From NCBI GenBank assembly GCA_051313645.2, contig JBNRSN020000089.1, positions 3,038,001-3,102,000 of the forward strand: a stretch of 64,000 nt of DNA, read 5' to 3'. The notes beneath the pieces are model-generated. The model made no database searches, was not told the DNA's origin, and saw only the letters and a list, made by a program, of their open reading frames with translations. Source of the stretch: Centroscyllium fabricii. Lineage: Eukaryota. The position numbers and the translations under genes were made by a program. Shown in pieces: positions 38,986 through 54,069 of the stretch (positions are counted from its first letter, which is position 1; every line of letters begins with the position of its first letter).

Positions 38986-41900
38986 GCTGTCTGGAGACTG
39001 GGATGTCCCTACCTCTTCCCTTGCTGTCTCTAGACTGGGATGTCCCTACCCCATCCCTTGCTGTCTCTAGACTGGGATGTTCCTACCCCTTCCCTTGCTG
39101 TTTGGAGACTGGGATGTTCCTACCGCTTCCCTTGCTGTCTGGAAACTGGGATGTCCCTACCCCATCCCTTGAGGTCCAGAGACTGAGATGTCCCTACCGC
39201 ATCCCTTGCTGTCTGGAGGCTGGGATGTTCCTACCCCTTCCTTTGCTGTCCAGAGATTGGGATGTCCCTAGCTCTTCCCTTGCTGTCTGGAGACTGGGAT
39301 GTTCCTGCCTCTTCCCTTGCTGTCCGGAGACTGGGATGTTCCTACCCCATCCCTTGCTGTCTGGAGACTGGGATGTTCCTACCCCATCCCTTGCTGTCTG
39401 GAGACTGGGATGTCCCTAGCTCTTCCCTTGCTGCCTTGAGACTGGGAGGTTCCTGCCTCTTCCCTTGCTGTCCGGAGACGGGGATGTTCCTACCCCATCC
39501 CTTGCTGTCTGGAGACGGGGATGTTCCTATCCCATCCCTTGCTGTCTGGAGATTGGGATGTCCATAGCTCTTCCCTTGCTATCTGTAGACTGGGATGTTC
39601 CTGCCTCTTCCCTTGCTGTCCGGAGACTGGGATGTTCCTATCCCATCCCTTGCTGTCTGGAGACTGGTATGTTCCTACCCCATCCCTTGCTGTCTGGAGA
39701 CGGGGATGTTCCTACCCCATCCCTTGCTGTCTGGAGACTGGAATGTTCCTACCCCATCCCTTGCTCTCCGGCGACTGGGATGTCCCTACCCCTTCCCTTG
39801 CTGTCTCTAGACTAGGATGTTCCTACCCCATCCCTTGCTGTCTGGAGACTGGGATGTTCCTACCCCATCCCTTGCTGTCTGTAGACTGGGTTGTCCCTAC
39901 CCCATCCCATGCTGTCCGGAGACTGGGATGTTCCTTACCCATCCCTTGCTGTCTGGAGACTGGGATGTCCCTACCACTTCCCTTGCTGTCCAGAGACTGG
40001 CATGTTCGTACCTCTTACCTTGCTGTCTGGAGACTGGGATGTTCGTACCCCATCCCTTGCTGTCCGGAGACTGGGATGTCCCTACCACTTCCCTTGCTGT
40101 CTGGAGACTGGGATGTTCCTACCCCATCTCTTGCTGTCTCTAGAGTGCGATGTTCCTACCCCTTCCCTTGCTGTCTGGAAACTGGAATCTCCCTACCTCT
40201 TCCCTTGCATTCTCTAGACTGGGATGTCCCTACCCCATCTCTTGCTGTCTCTAGACTGGGATGTTCCTACCCTTCACTTCCTGTGTCTAGACTGGGATGT
40301 TCCTACTCCTTCCCTTGCTTTCTGGGGACTGGGATGTTCCTACCCCATCTCTTGCTGTCTCTAGTCTGGGAAGTCCCTACCTCTTCCCTTGCTGTCCGGA
40401 GACTGGGATGTCCCTACCCCATCCCTTGCTGTCTCTAGACTGGCGGGTCCCTAACTTTTCCCTTGCTGTCTGGAGACTAGAATGTCCCTACCCCTTCCCT
40501 TTCTGTCTGGAGGCTGGGATGTTCCTACCGCATACCTTGCTGTCCAGAGACTGGGAAGTTCCTACACCTTCCCTTGCTGTCTGGAGACTGGGATGTCCCT
40601 ACCTCTTCCCTTGCTGTCTGGAGACTGGGATGTTCCTACCCTTCCATTGCTGTCTCTAGACTGAGATGTTCCTATCCCTTTCCTTGCTGTCTGGAGACTG
40701 GGATGTCACTACCCCATCCCTTGATGTCCAGAGACTGGGATGTTCCTACCCCATCCCTTGCTTTCCGGAGACTGGGATGACCCTATCCCATCCCTTGCTG
40801 TCTCTAGACTGGAATGTTCCTACCCCTTCCCTTTCTGTCTGGAGACTGGGATTTCCCTACCCCATCCTTTCCCGTCTGGAGACTGGGATGTCCCTACCCC
40901 TTCACTTGCTGTCCACAGTCTGGAATGTTCTTACCTCTTCCTTTGCTGTCTGGAGACTGGGATGTTCCTAACCTATCCCTTGCTGTCCGGAGACTGGGAT
41001 GTCCCTAACCCTTCCTTTGCTGTCTGGAGACTGGGATATTCCTTCCGCATCTCTTGCTGTCTCTAGACTGGGATGTTCCTACACCTTCCCTTGCTGTCTG
41101 GAGACTGGGATGTCCCTACCTCTTCCCTTGCTGTCTCTAGACTGGGATGTCCCTACCCCATCCCTTGCTGTCTCTAGACTGGGATGTTCCTACCCCTTCC
41201 CTTGCTGTTTGGAGACTGGGATGTTCCTACCGCTTCCCTTGCTGTCTGGAAACTGGGATGTCCCTACCCCATCCCTTGAGGTCCAGAGACTGAGATGTCC
41301 CTACCCCATCCCTTGCTGTCTGGAGGCTGGGATGTTCCTACCCCTTCCTTTGCTATCCAGAGATTGGGATGTCCCTAGCTCTTCCCTTGCTGTCTGGAGA
41401 CTGGGATGTTCCTGCCTCTTCCCTTGCTCTCCGGAGACTGGGATGCTCCTACCCCATCCCTTGCTGTCTGGAGACTGGGATGTTCCTACCCCATCACTTG
41501 CTGTCTGGAGACTGGATGTCCCTAGCTCTTCCCTTGCTGCCTGGAGACTGGGATGTTCCTGCCTCTTCCCTTGCTGTCCGGAGACGGGGATGTTCCTACC
41601 CCATCCCTTGCTGTCTGGAGACGGGGATGTTCCTATCCCATCCCTTGCTGTCTGGAGATTGGGATGTCCATAGCTCTTCCCTTGCTATCTGTAGACTGGG
41701 ATGTTCCTGCCTCTTCCCTTGCTGTCCGGAGACTGGGATGTTCCTACCCCATCCCTTGCTGTCTGGAGACTGGTATGTTCCTACCCCATCCCTTGCTGTC
41801 TGGAGACTGGGATGTTCCTACCCCATCCCTTGCTGTCTGGAGACTGGAATGTTCCTACCCCATCCCTTGCTGTCCGGCGACTGGGATGTTCCTACCCCTT

Positions 41901-42745
41901 CCCTTGCTGTCTCTAGACTAGGATGTTCCTACCCCATCCCTTGCTGTCTGGAGACTGGGATGTTCCTACCCCATCCCTTGCTGTCTGTAGACTGGGTTGT
42001 TCCTACCCCATCCCATGCTGTCCGGAGACTGGGATGTTCCTTACCCATCCCTTGCTGTCTGGAGACTGGGATGTCCCTACCACTTCCCTTGCTGTCCAGA
42101 GACTGGCATGTTCGTACCTCTTACCTTGCTGTCTGGAGACTGGGATGTTCGTACCCCATCCCTTGCTGTCCGGAGACTGGGATGTCCCTACCACTTCCCT
42201 TGCTGTCTGGAGACTGGGATGTTCCTACCCCATCTCTTGCTGTCTCTAGAGTGCGATGTTCCTACCCCTTCCCTTGCTGTCTGGAAACTGGGATCTCCCT
42301 ACCTCTTCCCTTGCATTCTCTAGACTGGGATGTCCCTACCCCATCCCTTGCTGTCTCTAGACTGGGATGTTCCTACCCTTCACTTCCTGTGTCTAGACTG
42401 GGATGTTCCTACTCCTTCCCTTGCTTTCTGGGGACTGGGATGTTCCTACCCCATCTCTTGCTGTCTCTAGTCTGGGAAGTCCCTACCTCTTCCCTTGCTG
42501 TCCGGAGACTGGGATGTCCCTAACCCATCCCTTGCTGTCTCTAGACTGGCGGGTCCCTAACTTTTCCCTTGCTGTCTGGAGACTAGAATGTCCCTACCCC
42601 TTCCCTTTCTGTCTGGAGGCTGGGATGTTCCTACCGCATACCTTGCTGTCCAGAGACTGGGATGTTCCTACACCTTCCCTTGCTGTCTGGAGACTGGGAT
42701 GTCCCTACCTCTTCCCTTGCTGTCTGGAGACTGGGATGTTCCTAC
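38530..42745. repeat. Tandem duplication of ~57 monomers (2106-2107 bp)
   Basis: TGGCGGGTCC at 40441/42547, CCCTTGAGGTCCAGA near 39166/41273, and many ORF-track pairs at offset 2106-2107. Confidence 0.85.
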
Positions 42746-45700
42746 CTCTTCCCTTGCTGTCTCTAGACTGGGATGTTCCAACCCCATCCCTTACTGTCCG
42801 GAGTCTTGGATGTCCCTACACATCCCCTGCTCTCTGGAGACTGGGATGTTCCTACCCCATCCCTTGCAGTCTCTAGACTGGGATGTCCCTACCCCTTCAC
42901 TTGCTGTCCGGAGACTGGGATGTTCCTACCCCATCCCATGCTGTCCGGAGACTGGGATGTTCCTACCTCTACCCTTTCTGTCTGGAGACTGTGATGTCCG
43001 TATCTCTTCCCTTGCTGTCTGGAGACTGGGAAGTCCCTACTTTATCACTTGCTTTCTATAGACTGCGATGTTCCTACCCCTTCCTTTGCTGTCTGGAGAC
43101 AGGGATGATCCTAGCACATCCCTTGCTGTCTGGAGACTGGGATGTCCCTTCCCCATCCCTTGCTGTCCAGAGACTGGGTTGTTCCTACCCCTTCGCTTGC
43201 TGTCTGGAGACTGGGATGAACCTAACTCTTCCCTTGCTGTCTGGAGACTGGGATGTACCAACCCCAACCCTTGCTGTCCGGAGACTGGGATGTCCCTACT
43301 CCTTCCCTTGCTGTCCAGAGACTGGAATGTTCCTACCTCTTCCCTTGCTGTTTGTAGACTTGGATGTTCCTACCCCTTCCCTTGCTGTCTGGAGACAGTG
43401 ATGTTACTACCCTTTCCCTTGCTGTCTCTAGACTGAGGTGTTCCTACCCCTTTACTTGCTGTCTGGGGACTGGGATGTCCCTACCCCATCCCTTGATGTC
43501 CAGAGACTGGGATATTCCTACCCCATCCCTTGCTGTCCGGAGATTGGGATGTCCCTATCCCATCCCTTGCTGTCTCTAGACTGGAATGTTCCTACCCCTT
43601 CCCTTGCTGTCTGGAGACTGGGATGTCCCTACCCCATCCTTTCCCGTCTGGAAACTGGGATGTTCCTACCCCATCCCTTGCTGTCCAGAGTCTGGAATGT
43701 TCTTACCTCTTCCTTTGCTGTCTGGAGACTGGGATGTTCCTAACCCATCCCTTGCTGTCCGGAGACTGGGATGTCCCTAACCCTTCCCTTGCTGTCTGGA
43801 GACTGGGATGTTCCTTCCGCATCTCTTGCTGTCTCTAGACTGGGATGTTCCTACCCCTTCCCTTGCTGTCTGGAGACTGGGATGTCCCTACCTCTTCCAT
43901 TGCTGTCTCTAGACTGGGATGTCCCTACCCCATCCCTTGCTGTCTCTAGACTGGGATGTTTCTACCCCTTCCCTTGCTGTTTGGAGACTGGGATGTTCCT
44001 ACCCCTTCCCTTGCTGTCTGGAGACTGGGATGTCCCTACCCCATCCCTTGATGTCCAGAGACTGACATGTCCCTACCCTATCCCTTGCTGTCTGGAGGCT
44101 GGGACGTTCCTACCCATTCCCTTGCTGTCCAGAGATTGGGATGTCCCTAGCTCTTCCCTTGCTGTCTGGAGACTGGGATGTTCCTGCCTCTTCTCTTGCT
44201 GTCCAGAGACTGGGATGTTCCTACCCCATCCCTTGCTGTCTGGAGACGGGGATGTTCCTATCCCATCCCTTGCTGTCTGGAGATTGGGATGTCCATAGCT
44301 CTTCCCTTGCTGTCTGGAGACTCGGATGTTCCTGCCTCTTCCCTTGCTGTCCAGAGACTGGGACGTTCCTACCCCATCCCTTGCTCTCTGGAGACTGGGA
44401 TGTTCCTACCCCATCCCTTGCTGTCTGGAGACTGGGATGTTCCTACCCCATCCCTTGCTGTCTGGAGACTGGAATGTTCCTACCCCATCCGTTGCTGTCC
44501 GGCGACTGGGATGTCCCTAGCCCTTCCCTTGCTGTCTCTAGACTATGATGTTCCTACCCCATCCCTTGCTGTCTGGAGACTGGGATGTTCCTACCCCATC
44601 CCTTGCTGTCTGTAGACTGGGTTGTCCCTACCCCATCCCTTGCTGTCCGGAGACTGGGATGTTCCTAACCCATCCCTTGCTGTCTGTAGACTGGTATGTC
44701 CCTACCCCTTCCATTGATTTCCAGAGACTGGCATGTTCCTACCTCTTCCCTTGCTGTCCGGAGACTGGGATGTTCCTACCCCATCCCTTGCTCTCTGGAG
44801 ACTGGGATGTTCCTACCCCATCCCTTGCTGTCTGGAGACTGGGATGTTCCTACCCCATCCCTTGCTGTCTGGAGATTGGAATGTTCCTACCCCATCCCTT
44901 GCTGTCCGGCGACTTGGATGTCCCTACCCCTTCCCTTGCTGTCTCTAGACTAGGATGTTCCTACTCCATCCCTTGCTGTCTGGAGACTGGGATGTTCCTA
45001 CCCCATCCCTTGCTGTCTGTAGACTGGGTTGTCCCTAACCCATCCCATGCTGTCCGGAGACTGGGAAGTTCCAAACCCATCCCTTGCTGTCTCGAGACTG
45101 GGATGTCCCTACCACTTCCCTTGCTGTCCAGAGACTGGCATGTTCGTACCTCTTACCTTGCTGTCTGGAGACTGGGATGTTCCTACCCCATCCCTTGCTG
45201 TCCGGAGACTGGGATGTCATACCACTTCCCTTGCTGTCTGGAGACAGGGATGTTCCTACCCCATCTCTTGCTGTCTCTAGAGTGCGATGTTCCTACCACT
45301 TCCCTTGCTGTCTGGAAACTGGGATCTCCCTACCTCTTCCCTTGCAGTCTCTAGACTGGGATGTCCCTACCCCATCGCTTGCTGTCTCTAGACTGGGATG
45401 TTCCTACCCTTCACTTCCTGTGTCTAGACTGGGATGTTCCTACTCCTTCCCTTGCTTTCTGGAGACTGGGATGTTCCTACCCCATCTCTTGCTGTCTCTA
45501 GTCTGGGAAGTCCCTACCTCTTCCCTTGCTGTCCGGAGACTGGGATGTCCCTACCCCATCCCTTGCTGTCACTAGACTGGGAGGTCCCTAACTTTTCCCT
45601 TGCTGTCTGGAGACCAGAATATCCCTACCCCTTCCCTTTCTGTCTGGAGGCTGGGATGTTCCTACCGCATACCTTGCTGTCCAGAGACTGGGATGTTCCT

Positions 45701-46299
45701 ACACCTTCCCTTGCTGTCTGGAGACTGGGATGTCCCTACCTCTTCCCTTGCTGTCTGGAGACTGGGATGTTGCTAACTCTTCCCTTGCTGTCTCTAGACT
45801 GGGATGTTCCAACCCCATCCCTTACTGTGCGGAGTCTTGGATGTCCCTACACATCCCCTGCTCTCTGGAGACTGGGATGTTCCTACCCCATCCCTTGCTG
45901 TCTCTAGACTGGGATGTCCCTACCCCTTCACTTGCTGTCCGGAGACTGGGATGTTCCTACCCCATCCCATGCTGTCCGGAGACTGGGATGTTCCTACCTC
46001 TACCCTTTCTGTCTGGAGACTGTGATGTCCGTATCTCTTCCCTTGCTGTCTGGAGACTGGGAAGTCCCTACTTAATCCCTTGCTGTCTATAGACTGCGAT
46101 GTTCCTACCCCTTCCCTTGCTGTCTTGAGACTGGGATGATCCTAGCACATCCCTTGCTGTCTGGAGACTGGGATGTCCCTTCCCCATCACTTGCTGTCCA
46201 GAGACTGGGTTGTTCCTACCCCTTCGCTTGCTGTCTGGAGACTGGGATGAACCTACCTCTTCCCTTGCTGTCTGGAGACTGGAATGTACCAACCCCATC

Positions 46300-48890
46300 C
46301 CTAGCTGTCCGGAGACTGGGATGTCCCTACTCCTTCCCTTGCTGTCCAGAGACTGGAATGTTCCTACCTCTTCCCTTGCTGTCTGTAGACTTGGATGTTC
46401 CTACCCCTTCCATTGCTGTCTGGAGACAGGGATGTTACTACCCTTTCCCTTGCTGTCTCTAGACTGAGATGTTCCTACCCCTTTACTTGCTGTCTGGGGA
46501 CTGGGATGTCCCTACCCCATCCCTTGATGTCCAGAGACTGGGATGTTCCTACCCCATCACTTGCTGTCCGGAGACTGGGATGTCCCTATCCCATCCCTTG
46601 CTGTCTCTAGACTGGAATGTTCGTACCCCTTCCCTTGCTGTCTGGAGACTGGGATGTCCCTACACCATCCTTTCCCGTCTGGAAACTGGGATGTTCCTAC
46701 CCCATCCCTTGCTGTCCAGAGTCTGGAAAATTCTTACCTCTTCCTTTGCTGTCTGGAGACTGGGATGTTCCTAACCCATCCCTTGCTGTCCGGAGACTAG
46801 GATGTCCCTAACCCTTCCCTTGCTGTCTGGAGACTGGGATGTTCCTTCCGCATCTCTTGCTGTCTCTAGACTGGGATGTTCCTACCCCTTCCCTTGCTGT
46901 CTGGAGACTGGGATGTCCCTACCTCTTCCATTGCTGTCTCTGGACTGGGATGTCCCTACCCCATCCCTTGCTGTCTCTAGACTGGGATGTTTCTACCCCT
47001 ACCCTTGCTGTTTGGAGACTGGGATGTTCCTACCCATTCCCTTGCTGTCTGGAGACTGGGATGTCCCTACCCCATCCCTTGATGTCCAGATAATGACATG
47101 TCCCTACCCTATCCCTTGCTGTCTGGATGCTGGGACGTTCCTACCCCTTCCCTTGCTGTCAAGAGATTGGGATGTCCCTAGCTCTTCCCTTGCTGTCTGG
47201 AGACTGGGATGTTCCTGCCTCTTCTCTTGCTGTCCGGAGACTGGGATGTTCCTACCCCATCCCTTGCTGTCTGGAGACGGGGATGTTCCTATCCCATCCC
47301 TTGCTGTCTGGAGATTGGGATGTCCATAGCTCTTCCCTTGCTGTCTGGAGACTGGGATGTTCCTGCCTCTTCCCTTGCTGTCCAGAGACTGGGATGTTCC
47401 TACCCCATCCCTTGCTGTCTGAAGACGGGGATGTTCCTACCCCTTCCCTTGCTGTCTGGAGACTGGGATGTCCCTACCTCTTCCCTTGCTGTCTCTAGAC
47501 TAGGATATTCTCACATCTTCCCTTGCTGTCTGGAGACTGGGATTTTCCTACCTCATCATTTGCTGTCTCTAGACTGGGATGTCCCTAACCCTTCCCTTGC
47601 TGTCCGGAGACTGGGATGTCCCTACTCCTTCCCTTGCTGTCCAGAGTCTGGAATGTTCCTACCACTTCCCTTGCTGTCTGTAGACTTGGATGTTCCTACC
47701 CCTTACATTGCTGTCTGGAGACAGGGATGTTACTACCCTTTCCCTTGCTGTCTCTAGACTGAGATGTTCCTACCCCTTTACTTGCTGTCTGGGGACTGGG
47801 ATGTCCCTACCACATCCCTTGATGTCCAGAGACTGGGATGTTCCTTCCCCATCCCTTGCTGTCCGGAGACTGGGATGTCCCTATCCCATCCCTTGCTGTC
47901 TCTAGACTGGAATGTTCGTACCCCTTCCCTTGCTGTCTGGAGACTGGGATGTCCCTACCCCATCCTTTCCCGTCTGGAAACTGGGATGTTCCTACCCCAT
48001 CCCTTGCTGTCCAGAGTCTGGAATATTCTTACCTCTTCCTTTGCTGTCTGGAGACTGGGATGTTCCTAACCCATCCCTTGCTGTCCGGAGACTGGGATGT
48101 CACTAAACCTTCCCTTGCTGTCTGGAGACTGGGATGTTCCTTCTGCATCTCTTGCTGTCTCTAGACTGGGATGTTCCTACCCCTTCCCTTGCTGTCTGGA
48201 GACTGGGATGTCCCTACCTCTTCCATTGCTGTCTCTAGACTGGGATGTCCCTACCCCATCCCTTGCTATCTCTAGACTGGGATGTTTCTACCCTTTCCCT
48301 TGCTGTTTGGAGACTGGGATGTTCCTACCCCTGCCCTTGCTGTCTGGAGACTGGGATGTCCCTACCCCATCCCTTGATGTCCAGATAATGACATGTCCCT
48401 ACCCTATCCCTTGCTGTCTGGAGGCTGGGACGTTCCTACCCCTTCCCTTGCTGTCCTGAGATTGGGATGTCCCTAGCTCTTCCCTTGCTGTCTGGAGACT
48501 GGGATGTTCCTGCCTCTTCTCTTGCTGTCCGGAGACTGGGATGTTCCTACCCCATCCCTTGCTGTCTGGAGACGGGGATGTTCCTATCCCATCCCTTGCT
48601 GTCTGGAGATTGGGATGTCCATAGCTCTTCCCTTGCTGTCTGGAGACTGGGATGTTCCTGCCTCTTCCCTTGCTGTCCAGAGACTGGGATGTTCCTACCC
48701 CATCCCTTGCTTTCTGGAGACGGGGATGTTCCTACCCCTTCCCTTGCTGTCTGGAGACTGGGATGTCCCTACCTCTTCCCTTGCTGCCTCTAGACTAGGA
48801 TATTCTCACATCTTCCCTTGCTGTCTGGAGACTGGGATTTTCCTACCTCATCATTTGCTGTCTCTAGACTGGGATGTCCCTACCCCTTCC
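46300..48890. repeat. Tandem duplication of 35 monomers (1295 bp)
   Basis: GATGTCCAGATAATGACATG at 47081/48376 and TAGGATATTCTCACATC at 47501/48796. Offset 1295 = 35 x 37. Confidence 0.85.
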
Positions 48891-51800
48891 CTTGCTGTCT
48901 GGAGACTGGGATGTTCCTTCCTCTACCTTTGCTGTCTCTAGACTGGGATGTTCCTACCCCATTCCTTGCTGTCCGGAGACTGGGATGTCTCTACCCCTTC
49001 CCTTGCTCTTTGGAGACTGGGATGTTCCTACCCATTCCCTTGCTGTCTGGAGAGTGGGATGTCCCTACCACTTCCCTTGCTGTCCAGAGACTGGGATGTT
49101 CCTACCTCTTCCCTTGGGGTCTGGAGATTGTGATGTTCCTTCCTCTTCCCTTGCTGTCTCTAGACTGTGATGTCCCTACCCCTTCCCATGCTGCCCAGAG
49201 ACTGGGATGTTCCTATATCTTCCCTTGCTCTCTGGAGACTGTGATGGTCCTACCTCTTCCCTTTCTGTCTCTAGACTGGGATGTACCTACCCCTTCCCTT
49301 GCTGTCTGGAGACTGGGATGTTCATACCTCTTCCCTTGCAGTCTCTTGACTGGGATGGTCCTACCCCATCCCTTGCTGTCCGGAGTCTGGGATGTCCCTA
49401 CCCCATCCCTTGCTGTCTGGAGACTGGGATGTTACTAACACTTCCCTTGCTGTCTGGAGACTGGGATGTTCCTACCCCATCCCTTGCTATCTGGAGACTG
49501 GTTTATTCCTACCCCTTCCCTTGCTGTACATTGACTGGTAAGTTCCTACCCAATCCCTTGCTGTCTGGAGACTGGGATGTTCCTAACATTCCATTGCTGT
49601 CTGGAGCCTGGGATGTTCCTACACTATCCCTTGCTGTCTGGAGACGGGGATGTTCCTACCCCTTCCCTTGCTATCCAGAGATTGGGATGTCGCTACCTCT
49701 TCCCTTGCTGTCTGCAGACTGGGATGTTCCTACCTCTTCCCTTCTTGTCCGGAGACTGGGATGTTCCTACCCCATCCCTTGCTGTCCGGAGACTGGGATG
49801 TCCCTACCCCATACCTTGCTGTCTCTAGACTGGAATGTTGCTATGCATTCCCTTGCTGTCTGGAGACTGGGATGTCCCTACACCATCCCTTCCCGTCTGG
49901 AGACTGGGATGTTCCTACCCCATCACTTACTGTCCGGAGACTGAGAGGTCCCTACCCCTTCCCTTGCTGTCCAGAGACTGGAACGTTCCCACCTCTTCCC
50001 TTGCAGTCTGGAGACTGGGATTTCCCTACCCCATCCCTTACTGTCCGGAGACTGGGATGTCCCTAATGATTCCCTTGCTATCTGGAGACAGGGATGTTCC
50101 TACCCCATCCCTTGCTGTCCAGAGACTGGGATGTTCCTAACCCATCCCTTGCTGTGTGGAGACTGGGATGTCCCTACCCTAACACTTGCAGTCTCTAGAC
50201 TGGGATGTCCCTACCCCTTCCCTTGTTGTCTGGAGTTTGGAGTGTCCCTACCACATCCCTTGCTGTCTCTAGAGTGGGAGGTTCCTACACCTTCCCTTGC
50301 TGTCTCTAGACTGGGATGTTCCTACCCCATCCCTTGCTGTCCAGAGACTGGGATGTTCCTACCTCTTCCCTTGCTGTCCGGAGACTGGGATGTTCCTAAC
50401 CTATTCCTTGCTGTCTGGAGACTGGGATGTTCCTACCCCATCCCTTGCTGTCTGGAGTCTGGGAAGTTCCTACCCCATCCCTTGCTGTCTGGAGACTGTG
50501 ATGCTCCTACCCCATCCCTTGCTGTCTCTAGACAGGGATGTGCTTAACTCAACCCTTGCTATCTCTAGACTGGGATGTTCCTATACCATCCGTTGTTGTC
50601 CGGAGACTGGCATGTCTCTACCCCATCTCTTACTGTCTCTAGACTGGGATGTTCCTACCCAATCCCTTGCTGTCCGGAGACTGGGAGGTCCCTACCCCTT
50701 CCCTTGCTCTCTGGAGACTGGTATGTCCCTACCTCTGCCCTTGCTGTACAGAGACTGGGATATAACTACCCCATACCTTGCTGCCCAGAGACTGGGATGT
50801 TCCTACCCCTTCCCTTGCTGTCTGAAGACTGGGATGTCCCTACCTCTTCCCTTGCTGTTTCTAGACTGGGATGTCCTCACCCCTTCCCTTGCTGTCTGGA
50901 GACTGGGATGATCCTACCTCATCATTTGCAGTCTCTAGACTGGGATGTCACTACCCTTTCCCTTGCTGTCTGGAGACTGGGATGTTCCTTCCTCTTCCTT
51001 TGCTGTCTCTAGACTGGGATGTTCCTAACCCTTTACTTGCTGTCCGGAGACTGTGATGTCTCTACCCCTTCCCTTGCTGTTTGGAGACTGGGATGTTCCT
51101 ACCCCTTCCCTTGCTGTCTGGAGAATGGGATGTCCCTACCACTTCCCTTGCTGTCCAGAGACTGTGATGTTCCTACATCTTCCCTTGGGGTCTGGAGATT
51201 GGGATGTTCCTACCTCTTCCCTTGCTGTCTCTAGACAGTGATGTCCCTACCACTTCCCTTGCTGCTCAGAGACTGGTATGTTCCTACATCTTCCCTTGCT
51301 GTCTGGAGACTGGGATGGTCCTACCTCTTCCCTTTCTGTCTCTAGACTGGGATGTACCTACCCCTTCCCTTGCTGTCTGGAGACTGGGAATTCATACCTC
51401 TTCCCTTTCAGTCTCTTGACTGGGATGTTCCTACCCCATCCCTTGCTGTCCGGAGACTGGGATGTCCCTACCCCATCCCTTGCTGTCTGGAGACTGGGAT
51501 GTTCCTAACACTTCCCTTGCTGTCTGGAGACTGGGATGGTCCTTCCCCATCCCTTGCTATCTGGAGACTGGGATGTTCCTACCCCTTCCCTTGCTGTACA
51601 GAGACTGGTAATTTCCTACCCAATACTTGCTGTCTGGAGACTGGGATGTTCCTACCCCTTCCATTACTGTCTGGAGCCTGGGATGTTCCTACCCCATCCC
51701 TTGCTGTCTGGAGACGGGGATGTTCCTACCCCTTCCCTTGCTGTCCAGAGATTGGGATGTCGCTACCTCTTCCCTTGCTGTCTGCAGACTGCGATGTTCC

Positions 51801-54069
51801 TAGCTCTTCCCTTGTTGTCCGGAGACTGGGATGTTCCTACCCAATCCCTTGCTGTCCGGAGACTGGGATGTCCCTACCCCATACCTTGCTGTCTTTAGAC
51901 TGGGATGATCCTACCCCATCCCTTGCTGTATGGAGACGGGGATGTTCCTACCCCATCCCTTGCTGTCTGGAGACCGGGTTGTCCCTACCCATCCCTTGCT
52001 GCCTGGAGACTGGAATGTTCCTAACCCGTCCCTTGCTGTCCAGAGACTGGGATGTTCATACCACTTCCTTTGCTGACGGGAGACTGGGATGTCCCTTCCC
52101 TTTCCCTTGCTGTCCGGAGACAGGGAAATGCCTACCCCATCTCTTACTGTCAGGAGACAGGGATTTTCCTACCCCATCTCTTGCTGTCCGGAGGCTGGGA
52201 TGACCCTACCCCTTCCCTTGCTGTCACTAGACTTGGATGTTCTTACCCTATCCCTTGCTGCCTGTAGACTGAGTTGTCCCTACTCAATCCCTTGCTGTCT
52301 ATAGACTGGGTTATCCCTACCCCATCCCTTGCTCTCCGGAGACTGGGATGTCCCTACCCCATCCCTTACTGTCTGGAGACTGGGATGTTCCTACCCCATC
52401 CCGTGCATTCCGTCGACTGGGATGTCCCTACCCCTTCCCTTGCAGTCTCTAGACTAGGATGTTCCTACCCCATCCCTTGCTGTCTGGAAACTGGGATGTT
52501 CCTACCCCATCCCTTGCTGTCTCTAGACTGGGTTGTCCCCATCCCATCCCTTGCTGTCCGGAGACTGGGCTGTCCCTACCTCTTCCCTTGCTGTCTGGAG
52601 TCTGGGATGTTCCTAACCCACCCCTTTCTGTATGGAATCTGGGATGCCCCTACACGTTCCCTTGTTGTCCAGAGACTGGAATGTTCCTACCTCTTCCCTT
52701 GCTTTCTGGAGACTGGGATGTTCCTACCCCATTCCTTGCTGTCCGGAGACTGGGATGTCCCTACCCCTTCCCTTGCTGTCTGGAGACTGGGATGTTCCTA
52801 CCCCATCTCTTGCTGTCTCTAGACTGCGATGTTCATACCCCTTCCCTTGCTGTCTGGAGACTGGGATGTCCCTACCACTTTCATTGCTGTCTGTAGACTG
52901 GGATATTCCTACCTCTTCCCTTGCTGTCTGGAGACTGGAATGTTCCTACCTCTTCCCTTTCTGTCTCTAGACTGGGATGTACCAACCCCTTCCCTTGCTG
53001 TCGCGAGACTGGGATGTTCATACATCTTCCCTTGCTGTCTCTAGACTGGGATGTTCCTACCCCATCCCTTGCTGTCCGGAGACTGGGATGTCCCTACCCC
53101 ATCCCTTGCTGTCTGGAAACTGGGATGTTCCTAACACTTCCCTTGCTATCTGGAGACTGGGATTTTCCTACCCCTTCCCTTGCTGTCCAGAGACTGGTAA
53201 TTTCCTACCCAATCCCTTGCTGTCTGGAGACTGGGATTTTCCTACCCCTTCCATAGCTGTCTGGAGCCTGGGATGTTCCTACCCCATCCCTTGCTGTCTG
53301 GAGACTGGGATGTACCTACCCCTTCCCTTGCTGTCCAGAGATTGGGATGTCGCTACCTCTTCCCTCGCTGTCTGCAGACTGGGATGTTCCTACCTCTTCC
53401 CTTGTTGTCCGGAGACTGGGATGTTCCAATCCCATCCCTTGCTGTCCGAAGACTGGGAAGTCCCTACCCCATACCTTGCTGTCGCTAGACTGGGATGTTC
53501 CTACCCCATCCCTTGCTGTATGGAGACGGGGATGTTCCTATCCCATCCCTTGCTGTCTGGAGACTGGGTTGTCCCTATCCATTCCTTGCTGTCTGGAGAC
53601 GGGAATGTTCCTACCCCATCCTTTGCTGTCCAGAGACTGGGATGTTCCTACCCCTTCCTTTGCTGTCTGGAGGCTGGGATGTCCCTACCCCATCCCTTGC
53701 TGTCCGGAGACTGGGAAGTTCCTACCCCATCTCTTACTGTCAGGAGACTGGGATGTTCCTACCCCATCCCTTGCTGTCCTGAGGCTGGGATGACCCTACC
53801 CCTTCCATTGCAGTCTCTAGTCTAGGATGTTCTTACCCTATACTTTGCTGCCTGTAGACTGAGTTGTCCCTACTCCATCCCTTGCTGTCTATAGACTAGG
53901 TTGTCCCTACCCCATCACTTGCTGTCCGGAGACTGGGATGTCCCTACCCCATCCCTTGCTGTCCGGAGACTGGGAATTTCCTACCCTATCCCTTAATCTC
54001 TGGAGACTGGGATGTTCCTACCCCATCCCTTGCAGTCCGGCGACTGGGATGTACCTACAACTTCCCTTG